Counted from the first letter of the stretch, positions 48,418 to 60,930 are shown. The stretch: 64,000 nucleotides of DNA from Ranitomeya imitator (GCF_032444005.1 NC_091291.1:134726001-134790000); one strand, 5' to 3'. Made by a program: numbers and translations. Notes: a model not told the origin generated them from the sequence alone.

Positions 48418-51400
48418 GTTAGTTTTGTTTCCGCCTACAAATCTCTGTGATTTTACCTTTTCGTGTTGTCTCAATTTTGCTTCAAAATCTGTATAAAGTT
48501 TACATATTGCATCCTAATAGTAACTTTGTCTCTCCTTCAGTGGACAGTGACATTATGGTTAATTGTGGTCCATCCACCATTGTGTTGACCATCAATGCCT
48601 GTCCAGTTCAGTTTGCGGAGTTTGACCCTACCAGTTTGGCTCTTAATGGAAAACACACCTTGCTTAATTGCAACGGAACACTGGATACTACGGTAGACCC
48701 CCCAGTCGTAAAATTCATTTTTCCAATTAATGACACAACAGAAAATGCGTGTGGGAATAACATTGCGGTAAGTAATGTAACGTGTGTAACTTCTGTATAG
48801 TTTACCAGTTTATCAAGTATGTAAAAAAAAAAAATTTGTACAGTCTGAAGATATGTCATTGTTATAATTGTTGAGCCATTGGTAACTTGGAGAATTTCTA
48901 TAGTAGGACATTACGCTTTCAAGCCACTTTCCAATTGAGCAGCTAATGCGGTCCACAAGATGAACTGCACTCTGAACTTTGAAATCAGTGTTCGCATTGT
49001 CATGGCATCCATTATTACAGGAGCCATTAAGAATTCAAAGCATCAATTGTGTAGCAGACCCTAACCTGTGCCAATGACTTATCACAGGGGATATCCAGAA
49101 TTGAAAATATGGTTAGTAGTAATATTGATGGATGATGTTTCAAGTCTTGAGACCTCCACCAATGTTGGGTGTCATGGGGTTACCGTGACAGTGTGGAGCC
49201 AGAAGACCGCAGCATCTGATTGCTCCTACTCTGGCGTTGAGAAGAAGCACTTCTCCTTCATTTTAAATGTGTTTATCTCTTCTGGCAGAACAGGGGTTAA
49301 TCGGCCATGTTGGAAATCTCTGTGCTCACAGCTGTGCTAGGTTAGCCACTACCTTCCCCTTTATAATCTGGGCTCCGTTACAAATTCTTGTCAGAGCTAG
49401 TATTTGCTGCATAGCTAACAGAGGGAGAGGAGCACATATGAGAAGGAGAGTTGGAGGAGTTATCTGTGACTGTTGCTTGCTTTGAATGTGTGATAACTCC
49501 CTATCCTTCTCTATTTTGCTTTATTCCCCTACCTCCATGCCCCAGTGCATTCCTCAGTTATATGTGAGTGAATATTTTGTATGCCTGGAGTTTTCTGTTA
49601 ACCCTTGTTTGTGTTGACATGTTTGTTGGGTTGGTGTACTACGGTGCACAGTAGCACACCTCTTCCCTGGGTGGGGGAAGAGAACAGACGGAGGGCTAAC
49701 TCAGGAGATAAGGCAAAGGTGGAGGCCCTGGCATCTTCACATTCAGAAGTATCCTGGGGAATAGGGTGAGCTAGGGCGCCCCCTCGTGTTAGGGACAGGG
49801 AAGTAGCCCCTGGTCCCAGGTCACCCGACAGCTGTGTCATGACATTGGGTCAGAAGTTTTCAGCTTATCCTCAGTAGTGTTACAGAGCTATGTACAGGTT
49901 CACTAGAAAGTACATGGGTCCATACACCACATTGCTTACACTCTGAGAATTGCCCTGACCTCTTCTGACTCTTGGTTTGTGCAAGGGGTCTCAGGACCTG
50001 GTACCTTGCCAATCAACCCTTTTGACCCAAATCTCATATGCAGACCAGTAACTTTTCTCAATCCAGTGATTTCCAACACTCCACAATTTTTCCTTCTTGG
50101 TGTTACAATTTCAGTGTTGAGGAGTACGTGTTTTCATATGTGACCTACAGAAGTATCCCCAAGTGCCGTGTCTTCCAATATTCACGTAAACAGGAAGCTA
50201 TAAAGAAATTATGACCCATGCTCTATTTTATGGTTGTAATCTGTTTCTTTGGGTCTTGAAGTCTAAGGAATTTGCTGTTGCTGCTGTTTCATAACTTAAT
50301 GGACTCTAGTGGAGGAGGCCATGTGAGGCCTGAATGTGGCAAGATGTTTGCAGGTGGCTGACACACTTTTTTGCCCAAGGACCTCCACCAACCTTCATTC
50401 ATCACTGTCACCTTATATTAATCGTTGTCCAAAATGACCAATACGTTCTACATTTTCTTTGTTTCCACATCTGAATTACAGAATATCTGTTTTCTCCATA
50501 GCTTTCATCATATTTCAAGAACTTTTTTTTGTTTTTTTAAACAGTAAGTTTGCTCAGATCTAAACATACTTAACAGTAATTTAGTAGTTGGAGATGCTCG
50601 AAAAAAAAAAAAGATATTTGATTTTTAGCTTTTTGTAGATGAAAAGAGGCAACTACATTTTGAGCTAAAAATATGAAATCTGCTCAGGCAGTTGTCACTT
50701 TCTCTCCTTTACTCCTAAGAACATTATTCAATCGTGTAGGTCAATCAGCCCATGATTTATACAGAAAACATTGCTGTCCTTTTGTGTTTGACGGGAATAG
50801 AATTCAGAATAAAATGGCATTTAATAAGACATATTTTCAAAAATGTGAACACTTATTTCACCACTTTTCTCCCATTAATTCGAACTTTTCGTTACTATTT
50901 ATTAATAACAATTTTTCTTTTTTTCAGATTGAGGATGACGTAGGAACTGGGATATTCCAGTCTTACTCTATTATCCAAACAGTGGTCATCTCGGGCTTTG
51001 TGAACACCCCGGTGATAGAAGACAGCAAACTTATCAGCTATAGCACAAACCTGAATTATAATTTCTCCTGCTATTACCCACTTCAGTACTTCTTGAACAA
51101 CACTGAGCTTTTGACGTGAGTACAGGACATACTGTATATATTTTGCTTAGCTGAGCAAATGTACTGAAATGAAAAAAATGAAGTAAAATTAAAGATTACA
51201 TAGTGTTACTCGTGGTCTTACAGAGTATAAAGAACCTGAGTCGACTGTTACAAAGTTTTAGTGAAAAGATTCATATATATATATATTTTTTTTGTGCCAA
51301 TTTATTATTTAGTGGCTTTCAGCTGGATCTCGCGGCATGGCGACTTGATGGATGAACACTCTTTAGGAAGATCGAACTTGTGCAGCCTAGATAGGTTCTA

Positions 51401-54400
51401 CAGGGTCTTGTTAGTATCAAAACATCAGGTCACTGATCCTCCTCTTCCCCTTGTTTCTTCTTTTCTTCCGACCATGATGTCCTTCTCCAGTGATTGCTCT
51501 CTTTGTATGATGTGTCCAAAGTAACATAGTAACATAGTAACATAGTTAGTAAGGCCGAAAAAAGACATTTGTCCATCCAGTTCAGCCTATATTCCATCAT
51601 AATAAATCCCCAGATCTACGTCCTTCTACAGAACCTAATAATTGTATGATACAATATTGTTCTGCTCCAGGAAGACATCCAGGCCTCTCTTGAACCCCTC
51701 GACTGAGTTCGCCATCACCACCTCCTCAGGCAAGCAATTCCAGATTCTCACTGCCCTAACAGTAAAGAATCCTCTTCTATGTTGGTGGAAAAACCTTCTC
51801 TCCTCCAGACGCAAAGAATGCCCCCTTGTGCCCGTCGCCTTCCTTGGTATAAACAGATCCTCAGCGAGATATTTGTATTGTCCCCTTATATACTTATACA
51901 TGGTTATTAGATCGCCCCTCAGTCGTCTTTTTTCTAGACTAAATAATCCTAATTTCGCTAATCTATCTGGGTATTGTAGTTCTCCCATCCCCTTTATTAA
52001 TTTTGTTGCCCTCCTTTGTACTCTCTCTAGTTCCATTATATCCTTCATTAGCACCGGTGCCCAAAACTGGACACAGTACTCCATGTGCGGTCTAACTAGG
52101 GATTTGTACAGAGGCAGTATAATGCTCTCATCATGTGTATCCAGACCTCTTTTAATGCACCCCATGATCCTGTTTGCCTTGGCAGCTGCTGCCTGGCACT
52201 GGCTGCTCCAGGTAAGTTTATCATTAACTAGGATCCCCAAGTCCTTCTCCCTGTCAGATTTACCCAGTGGTTTCCCATTCAGTGTGTAATGGTGATATTG
52301 ATTCCTTCTTCCCATGTGTATAACCTTACATTTATCATTGTTAAACCTCATCTGCCACCTTTCAGCCCAAGTTTCCAACTTATCCAGATCCATCTGTAGC
52401 AGAATACTATCTTCTCTTGTATTAACTGCTTTACATAGTTTTGTATCATCTGCAAATATCGATATTTTACTGTGTAAACCTTCTACCAGATCATTAATGA
52501 ATATGTTGAAGAGAACAGGTCCCAATACTGACCCCTGCGGTACCCCACTGGTCACAGCGACCCAGTTAGAGACTATACCATTTATAACCACCCTCTGCTT
52601 TCTATCACTTAGCCAGTTACTAACCCATTTACACACATTTTCCCCCAGACCAAGCATTCTCATTTTGTGTAGCAACCTCTTGTGCGGCACGGTATCAAAC
52701 GCTTTGGAAAAATCGAGATATACCACGTCCAATGACTCACCGTGGTCCAGCCTATAGCTTACCTCTTTATAAAAACTGATTAGATTGGTTTGACAGGAGC
52801 GATTTCTCATAAACCCATGCTGATATGGAGTTAAACAGTTATTCTCATTGAGATAATCCAGAATAACATCCCTCAGAAACCCTTCAAATATTTTACCAAC
52901 AATAGAGGTTAGACTTACTGGCCTATAATTTCCAGGTTCACTTTTAGAGCCCTTTTTGAATATTGGCACCACATTTGCTATGCGCCAGTCCTGCGGAACA
53001 GATCCTGTCGCTATAGAGTCCCTAAAAATAAGAAATAATGGTTTATCTATTACATTACTTAGTTCCCTTAGTACTCGTGGGTGTATGCCATCCGGACCCG
53101 GAGATTTATCTATTTTAATCTTATTTAGCCGGTTTCGCACCTCTTCTTGGGTTAGATTGGTGACCCTTAATATAGGGTTTTCATTGTTTCTTGGGATTTC
53201 ACCTAGCATTTCATTTTCCACCGTGAATACCGTGGAGAAGAAGTAGACAGGTCATAGTGGTGAATTTGATCCTTGCTTCGAGTGACACCCTGTACCAATA
53301 TTTTGGTGCCAATTACTGATGCAAAGTAAGCCAAATAATAGGTGGTGTAAACTTAGAGTACAGACAGTCTAGAGAGGCGCCAGATTTATCATAGTCTTTC
53401 ATGCTGGCTAATCATTTTGACTCCTCTTTAATCTACGTTTACGCCACCTATTATTTGGCTTAATTTTGGGCCAACATTTTATGCCAAAATGTTGACCCTT
53501 TTTGTGATGTTCGCACTGTTGGAGTTTTGACCGTGCCCATTTCCTTCAAACAATAGGATTAAAATAGCCGCGCTCGTAGGTGAACGCAAATACTAGAAAG
53601 TTTTATGTACAATAGTCACCACACTAAGAAATATATTACAATAGGTGATGGTTCAGGAGATAGAATTATGCAACGTTTCGACCCAATCCTGAGTCTTTTT
53701 CAAGCATTGCTAGAAGAAATGTACACAAGCATTGGGGTGTCATATGAACGAAACAAAAACAAAACATACAAACCAAACATACAGAGATATGTAATTAATA
53801 CAGCTTTTTTTTGTAAATTGTTATGTTGGATTAGTCCAGGTCTGCCGGCACCAACCCACCGTTCTGAGCGCGCACCTTTTCTGTAAACCCCACCACTTGT
53901 ATGGTGAAGTTCTCCCACCACTCGTCAGACATGATGCAGGAAGTGCCTAAAGCAAATCATAATTTCAGAGTAAATCATGGAAAACAATTTTTTTGGGTAA
54001 ATGTTATACGGACCCCAGTGATGGACATCGACTCTCTCATTTTATCAATCAAGCAAATTATGACAAAGAGATGTGAATGCAAGACAAGTGTGGAAGTGAA
54101 TAATACTAATATCAATATTTTATTGGCAGCTCTTCAGCTAATGTTGCTGTCAACACGAATAACGGCACCTTCATCAGCACCTTGAGTATGCAATTATTCA
54201 TTGTAAGTATTTAACCCCAGAAACCTAATTGTGACACTTCTTCCTGTTCTATTAGTAAATTATTATTTATTTTTGTCCTTCCCTACAGCAATTTGATCTC
54301 CCCAGGTAGTAGATAATTGGCAATTAATTTTATACTCCACACCGTTAACTAAGAATATTTATTTCTGTAATATTTTTCATTGGACAACCCCTCTAAATGT

Positions 54401-57400
54401 TCTTTTTATGTCAGAGTCTTTTTTAATGACTTGTGTCGTTTTTTTCTTCTTTAGATTGATTGTTAGATTTTTTCTTATCATTTTTGGCTTCTGTCTTTTC
54501 TTTTATAGAATCTAGATCTCTAAGTTTTCTATCTTTCATTACTAAGTTGATCTCACGATAGTGGGCCATTGCCCCCAAAAACGAGGACTCTTAACCGTTT
54601 TTTGGCTTTTCGTTTGCAAGGCCCTGCTTGTGATCCAAGCTCCAAGCCAAGAGTGGTGGTGAAAAAAAACTGAAATTGCAGAGACATAGGATTTTTATAT
54701 GTGTTTGCCTATTTTTTTTTTTTTAAGTTTCAATTTTTTAATTATTTCAATTCTGATTCAGCATTTGAACATTTTCGAAAAAGTCGTACAATTTGTTGAA
54801 AATTTACTCCGGTCCACCTAAGTACAATGTTTGTTTTCATGCAAGTTCAGTTCAATTTGACGAAAAGTTACAAAGAAGGTTAAAGACAAAAAAGGGACCG
54901 TTTTAGACTTTACGCAAAATTTGTGAAAAGATATTGGTGCAATAAATGGCAAAGAATATCACAACACAAAAATAGAAAAGTGATTAAAATTTTTTTGCAC
55001 ATGATGAGTCGGGGCCATCGTCAGTTTAGTTTGATCATTTGGTGCGAAATCAATATAATATATCAATGTATTTTCTTATAGGATGAAAATTTCACCGTTC
55101 CTCTGCAATTTAATGGCAGTGCCCTCTCACTGAAAAAGAATGTGTATGTGCAAGTGACAGCAACGAACCTCACTGCCAAGTAAGCAAGGGCCACATGATC
55201 ATGGACCAAACTGATAATATGTTGTTTACTGGTAGGAATGAGCGGACTCATGGAAGTCCAGGTTCTAGTGCCGGATCGAACTTTATTTCGAAGTTCGGTC
55301 TCCGTACCAGAACAGTACCCAAACTTAAACCAGAACCTGAACCCCATTGAAAGTGGTTGGAAAAAATAGTTCTCTCTTCTCTCCCTTCTGTCTCTTCTCC
55401 CTCTCCTGCTCCCTCTTAAAACTGACCTGGAAATATTATTCTCCAGGCCAGTGTGAGTACGCAGACACCAAACATGTATAGTTTTTTTTTAGTTAAGTGG
55501 TTAAAAAATTTTGAAAAAAATTTGTAATTTTTTTTTTTTTGCTTTTGTCGTCATTTTCCGAGACCCGTAATGTTTTTATTTCTCGTGATCGGGTGTTATC
55601 CGAGTATCTTGGGTGTGCTCATATTATATGTTCGATCTTATCCGATCATGTTCGATCATCACTATTGACAACTCATCGGTGCCCCGGGATCATGTCACGG
55701 TCAGGCCGACGGGAGAGTGGACCGACGTGATTGACAGTGGCGTTTAGCAGGCTAACAGCCATGAGTGGAGCTGCACTTCTTCCGTGCTTTTAGAGGCACA
55801 TGATGGCGGATATAATCAGCCATCATGAGCGGTGAGAGATGTGGGTTTGGTGTGAGAGTCTATTTAAAAGGCAGGGACAGGGACACGACACATTTCATAA
55901 GTTTATGTCGTATGTTGTGAAGGGATTAATGATGCAATATTCAATAATACAAGCAAAAAGAAGAAACAATGTAATGTTTCTTATCGGAGAAATATGCTTC
56001 TTCCTTCATTTTTGAGCCACCTGGTCTCCTCTCCTTCAATAACTCATCACTCACTCTGAAAATCCAACTTGCTCAAGATAAGATAGATTAGAAACTCACT
56101 GAGGTATCAGATTACTGCAGCCCACTAAAGTATACAGAGGGAGGATAATGAGAAAATTAGGGCAGGCAAAGTCAGACAGGCAGGGCTTGCTGGACCTTTG
56201 TAGTAAGTGATTAGCTTATCCTAGTGTTGGATTCACAGCTACACTGCTCAGTACTGTTGTATAATGTCCTCCATGCTGCTGCTGCTGCTGCTGCTTCTGA
56301 ACATGTGCTACATAGAGACAGGAGAGCAGGAATCCCTCATGTCCGTGTGTTCTGTGTATGGGGGACATGAGAACAGCTTATCTCCATCCACGAGATCACA
56401 GACAGCTGAAAATTAAAGATAGTACCTGCAGAGGGGAAACTGGTGAAAAATAGAGGATACAATGACCGGTTATAGGGTTATTCCTCATGCACACAGACAT
56501 AATGGCCTATTCTGAAAAGATTTTCTTTCTTATTTTTTAGCTTCTATGTCCATCTGGATGAATGTTTCGCCACTCCGTCACCATTGTTGACAACTGACGT
56601 TGCAAGCAAGTTCTCTCTGCTGTCAGGGTAAGCATTCATGCATTAATGTGAGAATAAGCACCTGATATAAATGTTCTTCATATTCCCTAATTACTCCTTC
56701 TCCCCTCAGGTGTAGCACTGCCAACAAGACTAAAGTACTGTCCAATGGACTCGGAAAATCAGCTCAGTTCTCATTTGAGACGTTCCGTTTCTTGCAACAC
56801 AGCGGTCAGCCTACGTCTACCATCTACCTGCACTGCGCCACCAGACTGTGTCAGCCTGACACCTGCGCAGCCATTAATCAGGTAGCTAGGCGGTATTATA
56901 GAAATCCACCATAAGGAAAAGGAAGCTGCTGCCAGACACCTGGTTTAAAAAGAAAAAAAATCAGCCATGTTGAAACCCAACATGCCCAGTCCTAGACACA
57001 GGAATATGTATGACCTTAATGGTCGTCCCACAAACAACATTTATCACCTATCTATGGGGCACATAATAAGTGTACGATCTGCCTGATTAGACCCCACTGA
57101 TCCAATGACCGGGGAGTCCAAGGTATGGAGCTGAAGTGTGCATGTGCGGCCCTCAGCTCTATTAACAGTCAACATAGCAGTGGTCGCACATGTGCACTAC
57201 TACTCCATTCACACAGAGGATATTGGGACCCCTAATCATGATTGTGGGGGTCTCATTGCCCCTGATATCCACCATTGGTGTTATGGGCTCATCTGATGAG
57301 GTGGATTTGCTAAGTCATAGATAAGGGTGAGCAGCACGGACCAGAGGTGTTAGAGCAGCACGGACCAGAGCAGCTGGGTCTGCAGGATGGGTTTCATCTC

Positions 57401-60400
57401 ATTATATAAAATATCAGCAGCAGCATTATCTATATGACCAGTGAAAAGTCTCGTAATAAACAGCACAATAATAGTGAGTTACATATAAAGCCAGACGCAG
57501 CTCTAAATGGTATTCTGTATATGCAACATCAGGCGTGTAATGCTGTGTCCGCCACATCGGCTGCACCCAGTTCACAAAGGAGGAGGAGAGCGGCGGAGGT
57601 GTCAGCATCAGAAGGGACGACAGAAAGTGTCACCGTGTCTTCTGGCCCCATAACTACCAGGGATGAAGNNNNNNNNNNNNNNNNNNNNNNNNNNNNNNNN
57701 NNNNNNNNNNNNNNNNNNNNNNNNNNNNNNNNNNNNNNNNNNNNNNNNNNNNNNNNNNNNNNNNNNNNNNNNNNNNNNNNNNNNNNNNNNNNNNNNNNNN
57801 NNNNNNNNNNNNNNNNNNNNNNNNNNNNNNNNNNNNNNTTTTCTATCTCTTTCTTTCCTTCTGTCACTCTTTCTTTCTTTCNNNNNNNNNNNNNNNNNNN
57901 NNNNNNNNNNNNNNNNNNNNNNNNNNNNNNNNNNNNNNNNNNNNNNNNNNNNNNNNNNNNNNNNNNNNNNNNNNNNNNNNNNNNNNNNNNNNNNNNNNNN
58001 NNNNNNNNNNNNNNNNNNNNNNNNNNNNNNNNNNNNNNNNNNNNNNNNNNNNNNNNNNNNNNNNNNNNNNNNNNNNNNNNNNNNNNNNNNNNNNNNNNNN
58101 NNNNNNNNNNNNNNNNNNNNNNNNNNNNNNNNNNNNNNNNNNNNNNNNNNNNNNNNNNNNNNNNNNNNNNNNNNNNNNNNNNNNNNNNNNNNNNNNNNNN
58201 NNNNNNNNNNNNNNNNNNNNNNNNNNNNNNNNNNNNNNNNNNNNATTTGTCTCATTCTTTCTCTCCCTTTTTATCTCTTGGTCTCTTTCTTTTGTTCTTT
58301 CTCTTTGTCTTTCTATCTAATTTTGTCTATTTCTTTCCCTCTTTCTTTCTTTCCTTTTTTCAAACATTTGACTGCCCCAAAAATCCCCCAAATCTCCAAC
58401 AATCCGCAGTGCTGAGGAATGTTGCTTCCTGAGATAAACATCTGTAAGTTTGAGATATAACGTAACTGTAGAACATTAAGCCCCCGTCACACAAAGCGAG
58501 ATCGCTAGCGAGATCGCTGCTGAGTCACAAGTTTTGTGACGCAACAGCGACCTCAGTAGCGATCTCGCTATGTGTGACATGTAGCAGCGACCAGGCCCCT
58601 GCTGTGAGATCGCTGGTCGTGTCGGAATGGCCTGGACCTTTTTTTGATCGTTGAGGTCCCGCTGGGTAGCACACATCGCTGTGTTTGAAACCTTACCAAC
58701 GACCTCATGACAGGATGTCCCTCATTGAGGTCTGTTTATCGTCATGAAATAGCTGTTATGTGACATCGTTGTACAGGTCGCTACAGGTCGCCGCATCGCT
58801 GCTGCGTCGTTGGGGAGATCTCACAGTTTGACATCTCACCAGCGACCACATAGCGACGCAGCAACGATCCCTGACAGGTCGTATCGTTGTCGGGATCGCT
58901 TTAGCGTCACTAAGTGTGACGGGGCCTTTAGAATGCTGAGAGTCAGAATGAAATATGTTATTCAATAAATACATTTCCACAAGGAAAAGCTGAGGAACAG
59001 CACAACACAAAGCACAGATTAGTGACAAAGCAAGTATTTTCCGTGGGCAAACAAGTATTTGCTAAAACATACATATAAGGAGAGAGCAAAGGTCCTGTGT
59101 TACTGCTGGTGGCAGGACGTATCTCCGTGTGAAATGTAGGCTCTCCGCTAACTTCTCCTGGTTCTTCCACTTTGTATAGTTCTCTGCTTTCGTGTCCACT
59201 TCTTGCATCACAGGAAATGATAAAATAGGTAATTGTTTTATGTTGTTTGCTAAATTGTTATATAATCGCACCTAATTTCCTTATTTTTGTAGAATCCACT
59301 GGGAGTCACCCCAGCGGTGAGTATCCTCACATATTACCTACTTATGTCCTCTACAATTCTAGCGCTTCCAGTTTCATCTGTGCACCAGAGCTTCAGGGCC
59401 ACCCTGCAATATTAGAGAGGAGCATTACTATAAGTGGCCACAACGAAATATCATGGGTAATGTGCAAATTGTCTCTTCAGAGAGGAAAAGCGCCACCTAT
59501 TGCAAGTAGCAATACTAAAAGTCAATATCGACCCTTTAACAAGACACATGACTTACAATAAAAGCTAAACCAAAATCTCAATTTCCAGGCACATGTTTCG
59601 GGGTTTTGCTACTCTTCAGTGCAAAGCAAGATATCTGATTTGGCTGTATAAAATGTCTCTGACCGGGGTCTAAGCAGTCATGTTTCTTCTTGCGGAGAGT
59701 GACATGCCTGGTAAGGACTCTTATAGGTAGTGCACAGGCATTCAGTTCTCCATGGCCCAAAACTTCAGAAAAAATTCTGATTCACCAGAACCTGAATATT
59801 TTATGATTCAATTCGCTCAAATCAAGAACAATGGCATCCGTCTGGCACTGACCAGGGCTCAAGTAACGTCATTAAGGTGCCGAAGAGCAAAATAATGGAA
59901 GAGAAAACTGGACTTGGATGGAGGAAGCAAACAAGTTGAGGACTGGGCAGGGAGCGCTGGACCTAGGCAAACATGGGGGAGAGGGGAGTATAATATATTT
60001 TTAAAGACCTTTATTTATTATGCTCTAGAGTCTGGAGAGACCTCAGAACGTAACAAAAAAGTTATTCCAGTGATTCTATTTGCGCCAAAAAATGGTTTTT
60101 CACGTGGCCTCCACCAAGCTTGCTGGGCTCCTTCCTGTGGATTCTGAGCGAATGGCAACGTGTTCTGCCGAGTGATGTGGAGGGTGTACCGTTCAGAGCA
60201 CAATGACAGCCGAATGGCACACAATTTCGGCTAGTCATACACGACGACATGTATCCGCACGATTTGGGATCACAATGTTGCACGGACATGCCGCAAGATG
60301 CATTGTGCAAGATGCTGCGTCCGTGACCCGACACTCGTCAGAAGGCCAACCTTGCTGGATTTCTCTGTGACCCCATTCACTGCTTGCGCCCTCACCTCCA

Positions 60401-60930
60401 TCGTTTCAGCACATTTTGCTTCGGCGCTCTCTGTCGGGATTGTAAAAGATGAGTTCTAACGTCAAACATCTGGTGATGCACCGTTCTGGTCTCATGACCG
60501 CTGCGACAAATCACTGGCCCTAGAGGTCAGGTGACTGGAGAATTGGACATCATCTCTTGCGGTACCGATGGAGACCTCCGGAGCAGTCTGCCCTGGAGTG
60601 CCGGAAGTATAAGTGGGTGGATATTCCTCATTTTTGAATTGTATCTTATTTTATCCATTATCTGCCTACAGAGTGATGTATGTTAGGGTCAGACGACCCT
60701 CGTTAACTGTTCACATTAATGAAGATTAATCTTCGATTTTTCTCTTCCCAGGCGTTTCTGAAGTCAATCAGCTTCATGGGACGCTAACGGGACTCATCGT
60801 TGGAATCATCATTGCCGCTTTGCTGGGGGTAGCCCTCGCCATTGCCAGCCTGATTTTTTACAAAATGTCCCGACTCCGGAGTCAGAATAATAAGAGCGGG
60901 GTGGACAACTTCTCCTACACTGGGAAATAG
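48324..60930 (+). CDS. ZPLD1/cupulin-like ZP-module type I membrane protein B, 425 aa; join(48324..48417,48541..48767,50928..51115,54130..54202,55082..55179,56541..56627,56710..56881,57533..57668,59293..59316,60752..60930)
   Basis: Signal peptide MITLVVLLLGLAG; same ZP cysteine pattern and exon phases as gene A; furin site RRRR; EHP VTVSSGPITT; TM GLIVGIIIAALLGVALAIASLIFY; tail ending DNFSYTGK*; 1278 nt open. The donor after 57668 is hidden by Ns. Confidence 0.9.
48541..48767 (+). CDS. ZP gene B exon: ZP-N first part
   Basis: 227 nt, DSDIMVNCG...ACGNNIA|GTAAGT. Confidence 0.92.
49170..49844. mobile_element. Solo LTR (675 bp) with 5-bp TSD in ZP gene B intron
   Basis: TTGGG|TGTCATG...CATGACA|TTGGG. 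Confidence 0.85.
50928..51115 (+). CDS. ZP gene B exon: ZP-N second part
   Basis: 188 nt, IEDDVG...FSCYYPLQYFLNNTELL. Confidence 0.92.
51521..53245 (-). mobile_element. 5'-truncated CR1 LINE with uninterrupted RT-encoding ORF, antisense in ZP gene B intron
   Basis: 528-aa ORF 51635..53221 ([39 protein letters not shown]); 3' (TATGTTAC)n octamer tail at 51521-51546; no endonuclease domain. Confidence 0.93.
53668..53707 (-). ncRNA. Penelope-type minimal type I hammerhead-like motif (U3-A8 variant core)
   Basis: Minus strand AUGC UUGAAAA A GACUCA ggau UGGGUC GAA AC GU U GCAU: stem I, stem II and palindromic stem III (AACGUU) all formable. Confidence 0.5.
54130..54202 (+). CDS. ZP gene B exon: linker/IHP
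   Basis: 73 nt, SSANVAVNTNNGTFISTLSMQLFI|GTAAGT. Confidence 0.92.
55082..55179 (+). CDS. ZP gene B exon: ZP-C start
   Basis: 98 nt, DENFTVPLQFNGSALSLKKNVYVQVTATNLTA. Confidence 0.92.
56541..56627 (+). CDS. ZP gene B exon: ZP-C (DECFATP)
   Basis: 87 nt, FYVHLDECFATPSPLLTTDVASKFSLLS. Confidence 0.92.
56710..56881 (+). CDS. ZP gene B exon: ZP-C end
   Basis: 172 nt, CSTANKT...FETFRF...LHCATRLCQPDTCAAINQ. Confidence 0.92.
57533..57668 (+). CDS. ZP gene B exon: furin site and EHP
   Basis: ACNAVSATSAAPSSQRRRRAAEVSASEGTTESVTVSSGPITTRDE; 3' end abuts the N run. Confidence 0.85.
57669..58244. other. Two N runs (57669-57838, 57882-58244) in a CT-rich tract
   Basis: Uncalled or masked bases flanked by (TTTC/CT)n low-complexity sequence. 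Confidence 0.95.
58479..58927. mobile_element. T2/Kolobok-like MITE
   Basis: tta|agcccccgtcacac...gtgtgacggggcct|tta; CG-rich internal repeats. Confidence 0.7.
59293..59316 (+). CDS. ZP gene B 24-nt micro-exon (phase 1-1)
   Basis: TTGTAG|AA TCC ACT GGG AGT CAC CCC AGC G|GTGAGT. Confidence 0.7.
60150..60600 (+). mobile_element. Probable very degenerate Tc1 remnant
   Basis: CpG-rich tract with decayed similarity to Tc1 coding sequence (gactggagaattgg...catctc near the W..VIFSD region). Weak. Confidence 0.35.
60752..60930 (+). CDS. ZP gene B last exon: TM helix and cytoplasmic tail
   Basis: CCCAG|GC GTT...AAA TAG; GLIVGIIIAALLGVALAIASLIFY KMSRLR...DNFSYTGK*. Confidence 0.9.

Noticed and set aside
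51642-53246. Plus-strand ORFs opposite LINE and transposase ORFs (also 262-609, 9155-9942, 42822-43562, 62557-63922)
   Set aside because: Antisense shadows of mobile-element coding sequence.
57434-58432. Long ORFs of 215-332 aa
   Set aside because: Artefacts of reading through N runs; only 57533-57668 is supported as coding.
59990-60600. CpG- and Cys-rich ORFs as a nested novel gene
   Set aside because: Better explained as a decayed Tc1 remnant; frames are interrupted and lack splice support.
23762-60930. Naming the ZP genes ZPLD1, ZPD, ZP1-4, UMOD or GP2
   Set aside because: No EGF, D8C or trefoil domains; similarity to ZPLD1 is clear but looks too low for a confident orthologue call without a tree.
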